DNA of 64,000 nt from the human T2T-CHM13v2.0 reference genome, Homo sapiens: NCBI RefSeq assembly GCF_009914755.1, contig NC_060930.1. One strand, given 5' to 3'. This document shows, in pieces, positions 40,641 to 55,830 of the stretch. Below the pieces are notes generated by a model. The model was given only the letters and a program-made list of their open reading frames with translations. It was not told where the DNA came from and made no database searches. How positions within the stretch are numbered: position 1 is the stretch's first letter; each line of letters opens with the position of its first letter. The position numbers and the translations under genes are program-made.

Positions 40641-42202
40641 TGTATCTAAGAGGAAGGATTGAGAAGAGTTTCCCACATTTTCCTTTGCTCAGCTGACAGG
40701 TGCCCATATCAAAGCCCAGATTTCTGATTTCTAAGACTTGTGGTCCACAGCCTGGATAGCACAAGGGCAGAAGTTCTCTGTAGCAGAGCATGGCGGGGAC
40801 AAGGATACCTTCTGCAACCACACTCCAGGCTAATCACCTCCCAGTCCTCTCATGCACACCCCCTTCTCTGCTCCCAGTGTCAATGCCACTGGAGCTGTTC
40901 TCTCCAACATGAGAATATTCAGGTCTTTTCCTTCTTCCCACAGCTTTGTCTGTAAGACTTCATGCTCTAGCTTCTTTCCAGTGACCTTGAATATTGACTT
41001 TTCCAAGGTCTTACTTGGTAAGATTGTTTTGGACTAATTGTTTGTGGGGAACTCAGGAAAACAGAATAATTGGGAGTTGTGGTTGCTGGAATCTTGGTGG
41101 TCTTATGAAGAGAGAAGGTGTAACATATATAACCCATTATGTCAGTCTGATGAATTAAGGAGCAAGGATACTTTTGTATTCATAAGTTATAATAAGGAGA
41201 AATCTAGAAATTACCAACTTCTGCAAATCCTAATACAAATATACAAATTTGGGCAGAACTGTTTTGGAAAAAAAATCTTCCTACATTTTTTCTGATGTGA
41301 GAAGGTAAAGCACAATGCAGGTGGATCTGACAGGCTTCAGTGGTCTGGTTTAGAGCCCACAATAGTGCCAGCTTAGCCAATATATTTGATTAGATGAGAC
41401 CTTGGATTAAGTAAGCTCTCATAAAGGATAGGGGTGGGGGAGTCCTTGATAATATAACCTCATTTTAGGTAGCAAAACAATGCCCCATGAAACAACCACA
41501 ATTTTGTATCTCATTGGCAGAATGATGAGAGAGGGAGGAGGGCTGTGATTTGTTTAGGTGCCTAGAAAATTTGGAACAGGACACAAACCAAACCACCTGT
41601 GAACAGAATGCTCTGCTTGTTCCTGCTGAACCCTTGAACAAGATGTTGGCAGGGAATTCAGGTAGAGAGTACATGTATGAGGGCCATTTGCGGGATGGTT
41701 GGGCACTGGAGGGTAAGCTCTGTTGCTGCTCCTGGCAGGAAGTTTCCTATGTCACTCCCTGTTAATGCAGATGGTACACAGAGGGCTTCATGTTGACCAT
41801 TTGCAACCTTATATGCAGGCAAAGATATGTTTTCTTTGCCCACATCATTCTCTGCATGGGATAAGGTGCCTCAAGCAAAGTCAGAAAGACATTGGTTGTT
41901 CAAGCTATGGCTATGAGAAGTTCATTGGATTTGGATGAGAAACTGCACCCCCCAATTTGTGAGACTTTAAAAAAATAACTCATCTCTATACAAAATTATT
42001 GTTTTCTTCTAGGCAGAATATCTTTTAGACCTGATTTGACTTTTTGGACACCTAGAATCTGTTGGGAGCAAAGGTAAAGGAAGTGCCCCCACCAAACTTG
42101 ACTCAATTCTTGGCTTTTTTTTAGGTTTGTGGAGAAAGGTTGGCTAGTCAGACAAATTTCCGGAATGTTAGGTCATGATGTAGGATTGCTAAGTACGGCA
42201 GC

Positions 42203-42487
42203 TGTTATGGCTGAATTGTGTCCACCCGCCAAATTAATATGTTGAAGCTTTAGAGCTTCAACCTCTGTACCTCAGAATGTTACTGTATTTGAAGATAAGT
42301 CCTTGAAAGAGGTGATTAAATTAAATAAGGTCAATAGGGTGGGCTCCAATCCAATTTGACTGGTGCCCTTATAAGAAGAGGAAAATTGGACATGAGGAGA
42401 GAAACAGGGATGGTCACACACAGAGAAAAGACCGTGTGAGGACAAGCAAGGTGATGGCCATCTGCAAGCCAAGGAGACAGGCGTCAG
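42203..42487 (+). mobile_element. MLT1B-like LTR, 3'-truncated
   Basis: tgttatggctgaattgtgtcc...cctcagaatgttactgtatttg...ccttataagaagagg...ggccatctgcaagccaaggaga. Confidence 0.85.
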
Positions 42488-43263
42488 TTATTTTGATATG
42501 ACTCCGCTAATCTCTTTTAGCTTCTATGCTATCTGTTAGGACAAGATATTCTAGGCTCACCTTGCTTATTTCTTGTCCTACACCTGGATACTTGGTGTTA
42601 CTGGGTTTGTCATTGTTTTTATGGCCCTGGACATCAGGAAGAAAAGCTTGTATAATGAGCCCAGGCATTTGAGAGCCATGCAGTTCACATTCTGAAGTTT
42701 TGAAAAGCCCTGTTCCTGGGGGTAGAGCCAGGGTGGACACTGTATGTTATTTTTTTTCTCTCTTTTGTTTGTTATTCCAGAGAAAATCTTGTTGAAAAAG
42801 AGTGACTCTAGTTAACTGGATGATCATCAATATAACCAATTTGACCCTTACATTTAATTTCTTTCAGAAAATTATTTAGTGATTTTACATGCTGCCTAAT
42901 ATAGTAAAACGTATGTGTGATCTTTAGGAATAATTCCATCATTACAGTTTAAATGATTCGGTCTAATTTTTTCCAGCATATTGCCATAGACATTTGGGAT
43001 ATAGCGGCTAAGATAATGTTTCCCATTCCAGTTCACTCTGCAATGGGGAAACAAATACCAACAACCATCACAGTGCCAAGTGGTACATGTTCATGTACAT
43101 GTATGCAAAGTGCTATCAAATCACTGAAGAATGAACACTCAACACTGCCTAGGGCTGGATCAGAGGAGGTTTACCAAGAAAGTAACAGACACAATTTTTC
43201 TTAAATAATAATTAAGAGTTTTGCAGAAGAAAAACCAGGGAAAGAATATAATCTATAAGCAGG

Positions 43264-43732
43264 TGTGGCAGATGTGGTTGTTGCCTACTCAATAGCCATT
43301 TCTTTTCCTCTTTTTCCTCTTCCCATGATAAAGTCTGGAAATACCCAATAATTTGCCACATTTTCTTGCAGCCAGGTCTGTCCATGTTAGGCAATTCTGG
43401 CCAATGAAATATAAGGTCAAGACTGCTGGGTTGAGGTGAGGGGTGCTTCTTGAAAAGAGAAATAGAAAAATGTCCAAGAAGAGCCTTCTTTCCTTCCCTC
43501 TTTCTTTGGATTCTGCTATGTGAGTTTATGATGTGAAGCTGAGGCAACCACCTTGTGACCATGAGACAAAGAGCCTGAGGATGGGAATGCCAATCTCCTG
43601 AGGATGGCAGAAAGTCAGGAAGAAGTAAGCCACTTACTATAGCCTTTTGTGAAAAATGAAATCTGCTTATCATTAATCCACTGCTGGTGAGAGATTCAGT
43701 TACTAACAATCAAAGGCAGCTTAGCTGATTCA
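43264..43732 (+). mobile_element. MLT1J/K-like LTR
   Basis: tgtggcagatgtgg...caattctggccaatgaaatataag...caccttgtgaccatgag...cagttact...agctgattca. Confidence 0.7.
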
Positions 43733-44349
43733 GTGTGGAAACTGTATTTTTGGTCATTAAATTTGACAAATAAGTTGTATGATTATGGGGACATACAGAT
43801 AGAGACCAAATGTGGGTTAAAATATATTGGAGTTATTTAATCTCAGGATTTTATTCTTGAAGAATGTTTTTCTTCTCTACTAAGTGAAGTAATTTCATGT
43901 CAAAATTATAGATGTCTCGATCCTCCACTGCAGAAAATTTCATTTCCTGAAGCTGAAAACTTCCAGCATGTCAAGATATTTCTGGGACAAACAGCTTTTG
44001 GAGTTTCTCAAGTAGAAAGGGATGGGAATGTTGTCATCCTATATTGTGTCACTTTGAAGGGTGAAAAACTCTAAGGTTTAGAGTAGACTTGGCTCATTCA
44101 ATGAATATCCCCAGCACTTTGCAACTGTTTCCCAGAAAAAGACTCTTTTCCTTTGCTTTAGCCATGGTGTTGTTGAAGCACTAGCAGGTAGTTTGTGCAG
44201 ACTTAAATACTAGACCTTAGCTTTGTCTAGTCACTAAAGATGTAATTAGGTTGCAGGGGAAAGTTAAAAATTAAAAAAACAAAACAAAGCAAAACAAAAC
44301 AAACACACCTCTAATGGGAAGTTATACAATACATAAAAGCAATACATAT

Positions 44350-44580
44350 TGTTTCTTTAAGTATATTGAGCATTTAATGTCTCCAAGATGCTTTTCTAAG
44401 TTCTTTATTAAGTCATGTAGTTATCATAACAGTATGAATCATTATTAGCCCCACTTTACAGATGAGAATACTGAGGCATAGAGAGGTAGAGTAGTATGTC
44501 CTATTCACACAATTTAATTAGTGGAAGAGCTGAAATTCAAATGCAGTCTATCTCAAGAGGCCATGTTCTTACCTCTACAT
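44350..44580. mobile_element. MIR
   Basis: attattagccccactttacagatgagaatactgaggcatagagagg...gtggaagagctgaaattcaaa. Confidence 0.75.
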
Positions 44581-45451
44581 TCTTGCACTTCTTACTAAGG
44601 ACTTAGGTTTAAAAGAAGAAGGTAGAGAAGCTCAGCATTTAAATGCTGGTTTTCCGAAGGGATGTCAGGGAGACCTGCTTTTCTTGAACCCCCCAGGCCT
44701 TTTTAGTTTGTTATGGCATTATTTTATTAATAACTGTCTTAACAGTTATGCCCTCTTTCTTGAGCTGTACAGTGACACAGCTGTGTAGGAAGAGCAATTA
44801 GAGTTTAACAAAGACATGCTAATTGTTTATAGATGCATCAAGAAGAAAAGATTTTAGAAGTTATTGTTATGGTTATCGAAGGCAGGATGAGAGTGGTGGC
44901 ATATATTTGTAATATTTTTATCTGGTATCCCTAAGCTAAAGGTACCGTCAATTGCAATAGACTGCAAAATCTCTATACAATCTTGTTTTGCTACAATTCT
45001 CAGAAATTACTTTGCTGTATACACAGGGATGATCAGCTTTTCACACCTCAGAGAGAACAAAGAAAATTTGGCTGTCCTTAAGGAAGATGGAAAAATAGTA
45101 TATAGGTTTTCTTGAAAGAGAGAATTGTGCATGTATGTAGAGCAGTTTTTGTCTGTTAGCTAATGATTGGGATGATATAGATTATGTGGAGATCCAGTGA
45201 TGGAACAGAATTTCAAAATGAAGTCAGTGGTTGCTTACTTACTTATGCAAAACTATGTTCTCTTCTACCTATATTTGTCAGAGCTATTCTGTGTATTGTA
45301 CGATATATTGAAAGAATGGAGAAAAACTGGTAGTATTTAATTCCTAACATGGGTCGTTATTCTGAGATTGTTTTTAAGGAAGACGAATGGTCCTTTGGAC
45401 CACTTCTAGCATTCACAGTATCTTTGTGTGTGTTAAAAAATGGGCACCCTC

Positions 45452-45793
<342 letters not shown>

Positions 45794-46879
45794 AGGCAGT
45801 GGGGGCACCCTCTGAGTTCAAAATTATACAAAGGTCCTCGGTTAGGAGGACTATTAGAAAAAAGGTGCCACTTTTTATTAGTCATGACACAAGGCTTGCA
45901 ACAGAGTAAGGGCTGCATTTCAAAACACATCCATGTCCCTTGGGCTGCATGCCTTTATTCCAGATGCAACTGACAACAGCCATACATGATGGCCTGGTAG
46001 TCCTACAAGTCAGTTCAATAAAATTATGAAAGGGCATGATTTTATTTACACTGGCAGAGTTATATAATTTTTACACTAAGATTAAGTTAGAGATACTACA
46101 TATGTCTTCCAGAAAGAGGACATTTTTGGATACAGGTACAAGTTTATAAAGTTTTATATTTAAAAGCACATTAATAACAGTGTGTAATTTCTCAGATTTG
46201 TTGTTAAGACTTGTCCCTTACAAATAAGATCTATGGCTTAAAAAAAAGTACAAGTAATCATCAAGTAGCTCTTGTATACAAGGCATTGTCTACTTGTGGA
46301 AGATTTGGGGGGATGGGAATGAATACATTTTGTATCATGGTTTTCCTTAATTGTTCCCATAGTTTAAGATGCCTTGGATCTAAATGAATTTTGTAAAATT
46401 CTTTAATTTTTTTGTCTTCTTAACAGCCCTTAAATTAAGACTGGCTTAAGCTTAGAATTACTTGGGATATCATGAATTATTGTTAGTGAAAAGAGGGTAT
46501 TGAAACTAGAATCTGCATTATAGCAAAAGTTTTCTGCTAAGAATTTTCTTGTTCCACGCAACCTTACTTGGGCAAAGTTTTTCAACACTTAGGAATATAT
46601 ATATGTATATATAATAATATACATGTTTATATATGCATTTATGTATGTTATTGCAAGTCCTTTATCAGAATGTTTTCTGTAATCATTTACTCCCCGTCTG
46701 TGGCTTATTTTGCATTGCATTTAACATTTGAAATAAATAGCCTGTTAAAAATGGAAGCTGAAGATCATTTGCATGATGTTGCAATTCATTTTAAAATGTT
46801 TTATTTTGGAAGTGTAGAACTACACTCAATTTAACGAATATAAGATGATGAGCCTATATATATCCATTCTTGATAGTCT

Positions 46880-49800
46880 TTTTGAAGAAGTCTGGTTTAC
46901 TAAGATATAATTTATGTACAGTAAAATTCACCCTTTGGTGAGTTTTGACAAACATGTATAGTTGTATAATGTGTTCAAGATACGGACTATTTCCATCATC
47001 CTCCAAAGTTAATTTGTGGTCTTTTGTAGTCAATCCTTTCCCGCTTCCCCCGGGTGCTGGCAAGTGATTTCTGTCGCTGTAATTTTGCCTTTTCCACAAT
47101 GTCATATAAATGGAATCAAACAGTATGCATTTTTTGATTCTGGCTCCTTTCACTTAACATGATACTTTTGAGAATCATTTATATATCAGTAGTTCCTTCC
47201 TTTTAACTGTTAAGAAGTATTCTATTTCATGGATGTAACACAATTTATCCACTAGGTAGTTGGTAGATATTTGGACGCTTTCCAGGTTTTGGCAATCATG
47301 GATAAAGCTCCTATAGAGATTTGTGTAATGGTGTTTGTGTGGATGTATGCTTTCATTGATCTTAGGTACATAGCTAGGGTATGTATTACCACTGGGTTAC
47401 CTGGTAAGTGTATGTTCAACTTTATACGAAATGGGCAAACTGTTTTCTAAGCTGGCCGTGCCATTTTGTTACTTTTATCAGCAATGCATGAAGGTTCTAT
47501 TTCTTCCACATCCTTTCCAGTACTTGATATTGTTAGTTATATTTAAAATTAAATTTTAGGTACTGCAATAGGTGTAAAGTGCTATCTGAGTGTGGTTTAA
47601 TTTTTATTTCCCTAATGACTAATGATATTGCGCATTTCCCCCACGTACATAGTGCCTTCGCTGTCTCTACTTTGTCGAAGTGTCTGTTTTTGCCACCTCC
47701 CCAATTTTATTGGACTGTTTGTTGTTTTATAATTGAATTCTAAGCATTCTTCATATGTTCTGGGAACAAGTTCTTTGTCAGTTATGTGTTTTGCAAATAT
47801 TTTATTCCACTTCGTGACTCACTTTTGCCTTGCCTTTCAAAGAGCAGAAGTTTTGAACTTTGATTAAATCCAATTTATGAATTTAAAAAAATGGATTGTG
47901 CTTTTGGTGTGATATGTAAGAAAATTTTGCCTAACCTAAGTCATAAAATATTTTTTGTATGCTTTCCTCTGGAAGTCCTATGGTTTTAGGTTTTACATTT
48001 TGGTCTATTATCCATTTTGAGTTTACTGTTTTATATAGCATAAGGTAAGAGTCAAAGTTTGTTTTTTTTTTGCATATAAAAATCTGGTTAATTTTTTCAG
48101 TGCTCTATGTTGAAAAATTGTCCTTTCCCCATTAAATTTTTTTGGCATCTTTGTTGAAAATACAGTTGACCATATATTTGTGGACCTATTTCTGGACTCT
48201 GTTTTTTCCATTTTGCCAGTGTCACACTGTATTGATTACTGTGGCTTGATAGTGAGCCTTGAAATCAGGTTACGTGAATCTTGTAATTTAGTTCTTACTT
48301 TTCAAAATCACTTTGGAAATTCTAGAGTCTCTGCTTTTCCATATAAGTTTTAGAATCGCTTGTCAGAATCTACAAAAAAGTCTGCTGAGATTTTGCTTGG
48401 GATAACATTGAATCTATGTATCAAATCTGGGAGAACTGACATCTTAACACTATTGCCCCTTTTGATCTGTGAACACAAGTATCTCTCCTTTGATTTATGT
48501 CTTCTTTAATTTCTCTCATTAACACTTTACAGTTTTTGGTGGAGAGCTCTTGTGTATATTTTGTTGAATTTACCCTTAAATATTCCATGATTTTTAAAGT
48601 GATAGTAAATGGTATTTGAAAATACAGTTTTAATATCTCATTACTGGTACACAGAAATGGAAATGAGTTTTGAATATTGGCTTTATATCCTGCAAACTTG
48701 CTAAACTCATGTCTTAGTTCTAGTAATGTTTTGTAGACTCTTTGGGATTTTTTATGTAGACAATTATGACATCTGTGAAAATGATAGTTCTGCTTCTTCC
48801 TTTCCAAACTGTATGCATATTATTTTTTTTCTTGCCTTATTTTGCATTGTCTAGGACCTCCAGTATGTTGTTGAGTAGGAACAGTGAGAAAAAAATTTGT
48901 GGCCAGGCATGGTGGCTCATACCTGTAATCCCAACACTTTGAGAGGCTGAGGCAGGCGGATCATGAGGTCAGCAGTTCGAGACCAGCCTGACCAACATGG
49001 TGAAACTCCGTCTCTACTGAAAATACAAAAATTAGCTGGGCATGGTGGTGCACGCCTGTAATTCTAGCTACTCAGGAGGCCGAGGAAGGAGAATGGCTTG
49101 AACCTGGGAGGTGGAGGTTGCGGTGAACCATGATCACGCCACTGTACTCCAGCCTGGGTGACAGAGCGAGACTCTGTCAAAAAAAAAAAAAAAAAAAAAA
49201 AATGTCTACCCTGCTCCTGATCCTAGTAGGAATTTATTTAGTCTTTTGCCATTAGTTAGTATATTAGCTGTAAATTTTAGTAAATTCTCTTTATCAGGTT
49301 GAGGAAGTTTCCTTCTACTTTTAGTTTACTTTTATATGCTGACATAATGTTGAATTTCCTCAAATCTTTTTCTTTATTGATTTTTAGCTTTTAGTCTGAG
49401 ATATGGTGAGTTTCATTGATTGACTTTCTAAAGTTGAGCCAACTTTACAGAACCAAGATAAGCCCCACTTTTTCATGATATATTATCCTTTGCATGTGCG
49501 GCTGAATTCAATTTGCTAATGTGAAAAAAATTTGGCAATGCTATTCATTGTGGGATTTACTCTATCTGATATTAAAATAGCCACCTACCTTTCTTTTAAT
49601 GTATTTGCTTAGTATATTCCTTTACATCCCTTTATTTGAAACCTATTTATGTCTTTATATTTACTGTAGATTTCTTAAAGATAACATGTCTTGTTTTTAA
49701 ATTCAATCTGATAATCTCTGTCTTTTTTGGGGTGTTCAGATTCCATCATTTAATTAAGTCATTATTAAGTTGGATTTAAATATACCACCTTGTTAGTTGT

Positions 49801-50090
49801 TTTCTAATTTCACCATCTTTTCTTTGTTCATTTTTTTCCTGCCTTCTTTTTTAATTTCATTTAATCTCCAATATTGGCTTATTGTTTTTTTCCTAACAGT
49901 GGTTTTCCTATGGTTTATAATAGGTATTTTACCTTATAACAATCTACTTTCAAATAGTATAGTATATAATATATAGTGTACTTTCCACAGTATACTTCAT
50001 TTCCTCTCCTCCTATGTGCTGTTGATATCATATATTTTACTTCTATAAATGTTATAAGGCCCACAATACATTGTTTCTATTTTTTCCTTA
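46880..50090 (-). mobile_element. Old L1M (L1MB/L1MC-type) fragments: 3' UTR, ORF2 and inter-ORF region
   Basis: aagatataatttatgtacagtaaaattcaccc 3' end; degenerate ORF2 peptide LLELRHEFSKFAGYKANIQNS. Confidence 0.8.
48901..49202 (+). mobile_element. Alu (AluS-like)
   Basis: ggccaggcatggtggctca...long poly(A). Confidence 0.95.
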
Positions 50091-50100
50091 GTCAATCAGC

Positions 50101-50231
50101 TTTTATTTATTTATTTTTAAATAGAGACAGGGTCTCACTATGTTGACCAGGCTGCTCAAACTCTTGGGCTCAAGTGATCCACCTGCCTCCCAAAGTGCTG
50201 GGATTAAAAGCATGAGCCACTATTCTCAGCT
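50101..50231 (-). mobile_element. Alu monomer (FLAM_C-like)
   Basis: tagagacagggtctcactatgttgaccaggctg...gcatgagccac. Confidence 0.85.
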
Positions 50232-52920
50232 AGATAATTAATTACCTTTTAGATGAATAATAATAATAAAAAAAAACAGAAGAGCTGGAGCAAGATGGCT
50301 GGATACAAGCCTCCATTGATTGTCCTCCCTGTAGAAGCACCAAATAGAACAACTATTCACACAAAAAAATGCACCATCATAAGAACCAAAAATCAGCGAG
50401 TGATCATAGTACCTGGTTTTAACTTTATGTCACTGAAAAAGGCACTGAAGAAGGTAGGAAATATAGTCTTGAATTTCCAATGCTATCCCTTCCCCATTCG
50501 CTGGCAGTAGCTGTGTGGTGTGGAGACAGAATCTGCGTGCTTGGGAAAGGAAGAGTACTGTGATTGTGAGACTTTGCATTGAAACTCAGTGCTGCCCTTA
50601 TATAGTGGAAAGCAACATTAGATAGAAATTAGCCAGCACCCATGGAAGGAGCATTTAGATCAGGCCAGGAGGGGAATTGCCCATTCCAGTGGTCCGAAGC
50701 TGAGTTCTGGCAAGCCTCACCCCTGACAGCCAAAGTGCTTTGGGTTCTAAATAAACTTGAAAGGCAGTCCAGGCCACAGGGACTACAATTCTTAGGCAAG
50801 TCTTGGTGCTGTGCTGGGCTGGGAGACAGTGGGGGCATGCAACCCAGTGAGACACAAGCCAGGGCCACCACAGCAGTGCTTGTGCCAGCCCAACAACAGG
50901 CAGCACAGCTCTGGAAGAAACTTTTTCCCACTGCCAGGGAGAAGAGAGGGGAGAGTAAAAAGGACTCTGTCTCAGCCGCAGTAGGATTGGGCATCAGCCA
51001 GACTCCTGATGCCCTCATTCCAGGTGTTAGATCCTGGACATTTCTAGACAGGAAATGGTCTAGAAGGTCTAGAAGGAAACTCGTTGCCTTGAAGTAAAGG
51101 ACCCAATCCTGGCAAGATTCATTACCAACTGACTAAAGAGCCCTTGGGCCCTGAATAATTAGTAGTGGTAAACAGGCAGTACTTGCTGAGGGCCTTGGGT
51201 GAGACTCAGAGACATGTTGGCTTCATATGTGACCCAGCACATTCCCAGCTGTTGTAGCTATGGGGAGAGACTCCTTTTGTTTGGGAAAGGCAGCTTAGGT
51301 ATCAGCTCTGCCACAGTATGGTAGAGCATCAAGTGAGCTCTTGGGGTCCCCGATTCCAGGCCTTGGTAATTGGATGGCATTTCTGGACCTGCCCTGGGCC
51401 AGAGGGGAGCCCAATGCCCTGAAGGGAGAGTCCTAGGCCTGGCACCATTCACCATAAGCTGACTGAAGAGCCCTTGGGCCTTGAGTGAACATCGGTGGTA
51501 GCCAGGCAGTACTCAGCATAGTTCTGGGGTAGTCGTGGTCAAGGGAAGACACTCCCTTGCTGGTGCAAAGGGAAGATAAGTGTGGGAAGGACTTTATCTT
51601 GTGGCTTGGGTGCCAGCTCAGCCACAGTAGAACAGAGCACCAAGTAGATTCCTAAGGTTTCTGACTCTAGGCACTGGCTCCTGAATGGCATCTCTGGACT
51701 CAGCTGGGTCCAGAGGGAACTCACTGCCCTGAATGGAAGGACATGAACCTGCTTGGCTTTGCTACCTGCTGATTATAGAGCCCTACAACCTTGAGCGAAC
51801 AAAGATGGTAGCCAGGCAGTGGTTGCCATGGGCCTTGGGTAAGCCCCACTGCTGTGTTGTCTTCAGGTCTGACCCAGTGCAGTCTTGGTGGTGGTGGCCA
51901 CAGATATGCTTGTGTTACCTCTTCCCCAGCACCAGGCAGCTTAGCACAGAGAGAGAGACTTTATATCTTTGGGAGGAAGTAAGGGAAGAGAACAAGTCTC
52001 CACCTGGTAATCCAGATAATTCTTCCAGATCTTATCTAAGACCACCAAGGCAGTACCTCTATGAGTTTGCAAGAGCTGCAGTGTTACTGGGCTTGGGGTG
52101 CCTCCTAATGCAGATATGGTTGCAATGACCAAAAATTAATATCACAAAACCCAAGTCCCTTTGAATATCTGGAAAATATTCTCAAGAAAGATAGGTACAA
52201 ATAAGCCCAGACTGCAGAGACTACAATAAATGCCCACCTCTTTACACTGATGAACATCCACAAGCATCAAGACCATCCAGAAAAATATGACCTCACCAAA
52301 TGAACTAAATAAGGCACCAGGGACCAATCCTGGAGAGACAGAGATATATGACCTTTCAGAAAGAGAATTCAAAATAGCTGTTTTGAGGAAATACAGAAAT
52401 TTAAGATAACACAGAGAAGGAATTCAGAAGTCTATCAGATAAATTTAATTAAGACATTGAAATAATTAAACAATCAAGCAGAAATTCTGGAGCTGAAAAA
52501 TGCAATTGGCATACAGAAGAATGCATCAGAGTCTCTTAACAGTAGACTTGATCAAGCAGAATAAAGACTTAGTGAGCTTGAAGACAGGCTATTTGAAAAT
52601 AGTCAGAGGACACAAAAGAAAAAAGAATTAAAAGAGAATGAAGCATGCCTACAAGATCTACAAAACAGTCTGAAAATAGTGAATCTAATAGTTGCTGGCC
52701 TTAAAGAGGAGGTAGAGAAAGAGATAGGGGTAGAAAGTTTATTTAAAGAGATAATAAGAAAGAACTTCCCAAACCTAGAGAAAGATATCAATATTTAACT
52801 GCGAGGAGATTTTAAACAGCAAGTGGATTTAAGCCAAAGAATACTACCTAAAGACATTTAATAATCAAACTCTCAAAGTTCAAGGATGAAGAAAGGATCC
52901 TACAAGCAGCAAGAGAAAAG

Positions 52921-54126
52921 CTGAAACTGGATCCCTTCCTTACACCTTATACAAAAATTAATTCAAGATGGATTAAAGACTTAAATGTTAGACCTAAAAC
53001 CATAAAAACCCTAGAAGAAAACCTAGGCAATACCATTCAGGACATAGGCATGGGCAAGGACTTCATGTCTAAAACACCAAAAGCAATGGCAACAAAAGCC
53101 AAGATTGACAAATGGGATCTAATTAAACTAAAGAGCTTCTGCACAGCAAAAGAAACTACCATCAGAGTGAACAGGCAACCTACAAAATGGGAGAAAATTT
53201 TGCAATCTACTCATCTGACAAAGGGCTAATATCCAGCTTCTACAAAGAACTCAAACAAATTTACAAGAAAAAACCAAACAACCCCATCAAAAAGTGGGTG
53301 AAGGATATGAACAGATACGTCTCAAAAGAAGACAGTTATGCAGCCAAAAGACACCTGAAAAAATGCTCATCATCACTGGTCATCAGAGAAATGCAAATCA
53401 AAACCACAATGAGATACCATCTTATACCAGTTAGAATGGCGATCATTAAAAAGTCAGGAAACAACAGGTGCTGGAGAGAATGTGGAGAAATAGGAACACT
53501 TTTACACTGTTGGTGGGACTGTAAACTAGTTCAACCGTTGTGGAAGTCAGTGTGGCGATTCCTCAGGGATCTAGAACTAGAAATACCATTTGACCCAGCC
53601 ATCCCATTACCGGGTATATACCCAAAGGATTATAAATCATGCCGCTATAAAGACACATGCACACGTATGTTTATTGCGGTACTATTCACAATAGCAAAGA
53701 CTTGGAACCAACCCAAATGTCCAACAATGATAGACTGGCACATATACACCATGGAATACTACGCAACCATAAAAAAGGATGAGTTTGTGTCCTTTGTAGG
53801 CACATGGATGAAGCTGGAAACCATCATTCTCAGCAAACTATCGCAAAGACAAAAAACCAAACACCGCATGTTCTCACTCATAGGTGGGAATTGAACAATG
53901 AGAACAGATGGACACAGGAGGGGGAACATCACACACTGGGGACTGTTGTGGGGTGGGGGGAGGCGGGAGGGATAGCATTAGGAGATATACCTAATGCTAA
54001 ATGACGAGTTAATGGGTGCAGCACACCAACATGGCACATGTATACATATGTAACAAACCTGCATGTTGTGCACATGTACCCTAAAACTTAAAGTATAATT
54101 AAAAAAAAAGAAAAAAAAAGAAAAAA
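52921..54126 (+). mobile_element. 5'-truncated L1PA (PA3/4-like) nested in older L1
   Basis: ORF2 C-terminus ...[10 protein letters not shown], 3' UTR and poly(A); TSD AAGAGAAAAG at 52911-52920 and 54127-54136. Confidence 0.95.
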
Positions 54127-55011
54127 AAGAGAAAAGAAAGGAATATAATAAAATAAACCTCCAATATATCTGGCAGCAGATTTTTTCAGTGGAAACTTTA
54201 CAGGCCAGGAGTGACATGACATATTTAAAGTGCTGAAGGAAAAATCTTTTATTCTAGAATAGGGTATCCCGTGAAAATATCCTTTAAACATGAAGAAGAA
54301 ATAAAGACTTCCCCAGACAAACAAAAGCTGAGAGATTTCATCAACATCAGACCTGTCCTACAAGAAATGCTAAAGGGAGTTCTAAGAAAAGTAATATTAA
54401 TAAGCAATAAGCAATCACCTGAAGGTTTAAAACTCACTGGTAATAGTAAGTACCCAGAAAAACACAGCATGTTATAACACTGTAATTGTGGTGTGTAAAC
54501 TACTCATATCTTGAGTAGAAAGACTATAAGATAAACAGATAAAAAACTATAATTTTTCAAGACATGTATCATACAGTAGGATATAAATAGAAACCAAAGA
54601 AAGTTTAAAAGTGAGGGGACAAGGTTAAAGTGTAGAGTTTTTATTAGTTTCTTTTTGCTTGTTTGTTAGGTTCTTTGTTATGCAATCAGTGTTAAGTTCT
54701 CATCAGTTTAAAGTAATGGGTTACAAGATATTATTTGCAAGCCTCATGGTAACCTCAAATAAAAAAATACAACAGATATACAAAAAATAAACAGCAAGAA
54801 ATTAAAACATACCACCAGAGACAATCATGTTCACTAAAAGTAAAACAGGAAGGAGATAAAGAAGAAAGTGAAAACCACAAAACAACCAGAAAACAAATAA
54901 CAAAATGGCAGGAGTAAGTCCTTACTTATCAATAATAACATTGAATGTAAATGGACTAAACTCTCCAATCAAAAGACATAGAGTGGCTGAATGGATAAAA
55001 AACAAAACCCT

Positions 55012-55830
55012 CAAAGGATATGAACAGACACTTCTCAAAAGAAGACATTTATGCAGCCAACAGACACATGAAAAAATGCTCATCATCACTGGCCATCAGA
55101 GAAATGCAAGTCAAAACCACAATGAGATACCATCTCACGCCAGTTAGAATGGCAATCATTAAAAAGTCAGGAAACAACAGATGCTGGAGAGGATGTGGAG
55201 AAATAGGAATGCTTTTACATTGTTGGTGGGAGTGTAAATTAGTTCAACCATTGTGGAAGACAGTGTGGCAATCCTAGAACTAGAAATACCATTTGACCCA
55301 GCGATCCCATTACAGGGTATATACCCAAAGAATTATAAATCATGCCACTATAAAGACACATGCACACGCATGTTTATTGTGGCACTATTCACAATAGCAA
55401 TGACTTGGAACCAACCCAAATGTCCATCAATGATAGACTGGATTAAGAAAATGTGGCACATATACATCACGGAATACTATGCGGCCATAAAAAAGGATGA
55501 GTTCATGTCCTTTGCAGGGACATGGCTGAAGCTGGAAACCATCATTCTGAGCAAACTATCACAAGAACAGAAAACCAAACACCGCATGTTCTCACTCATA
55601 GGTGGGAATTGAACAATGAGAACACTTGGACATAGGGTGGGGAACATCACACACCAGGACCTGTCGTGGGGTTGGGGGAGCAGGGAGGGATAGCATTAGG
55701 AGAAATACCTAATGTAAATGATGAGTTAATGGGTGCAGCACACCAACACGGCACATGTATACGTATGTAACAAACCTGCATGTTGTGCATATGCACCCTA
55801 GAACTTAAAGTATAATAAAAAAAATTAAAA
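55012..55830 (+). mobile_element. 5'-truncated L1PA (PA5/6-like) nested in the older L1's EN domain
   Basis: [19 protein letters not shown]...SLIGGN, 3' UTR, A-tail; host EN sequence resumes at accccaactatctgttgcctacaagaaac. Confidence 0.93.

Noticed and set aside
53187-53894. 235-aa ORF
   Set aside because: C-terminus of L1 ORF2 in a 5'-truncated copy, with an in-frame 15-bp microhomology deletion; no promoter or independent gene evidence.
54905-55147. Chimeric 80-aa ORF
   Set aside because: Old L1 EN start running out of frame into a nested younger L1.
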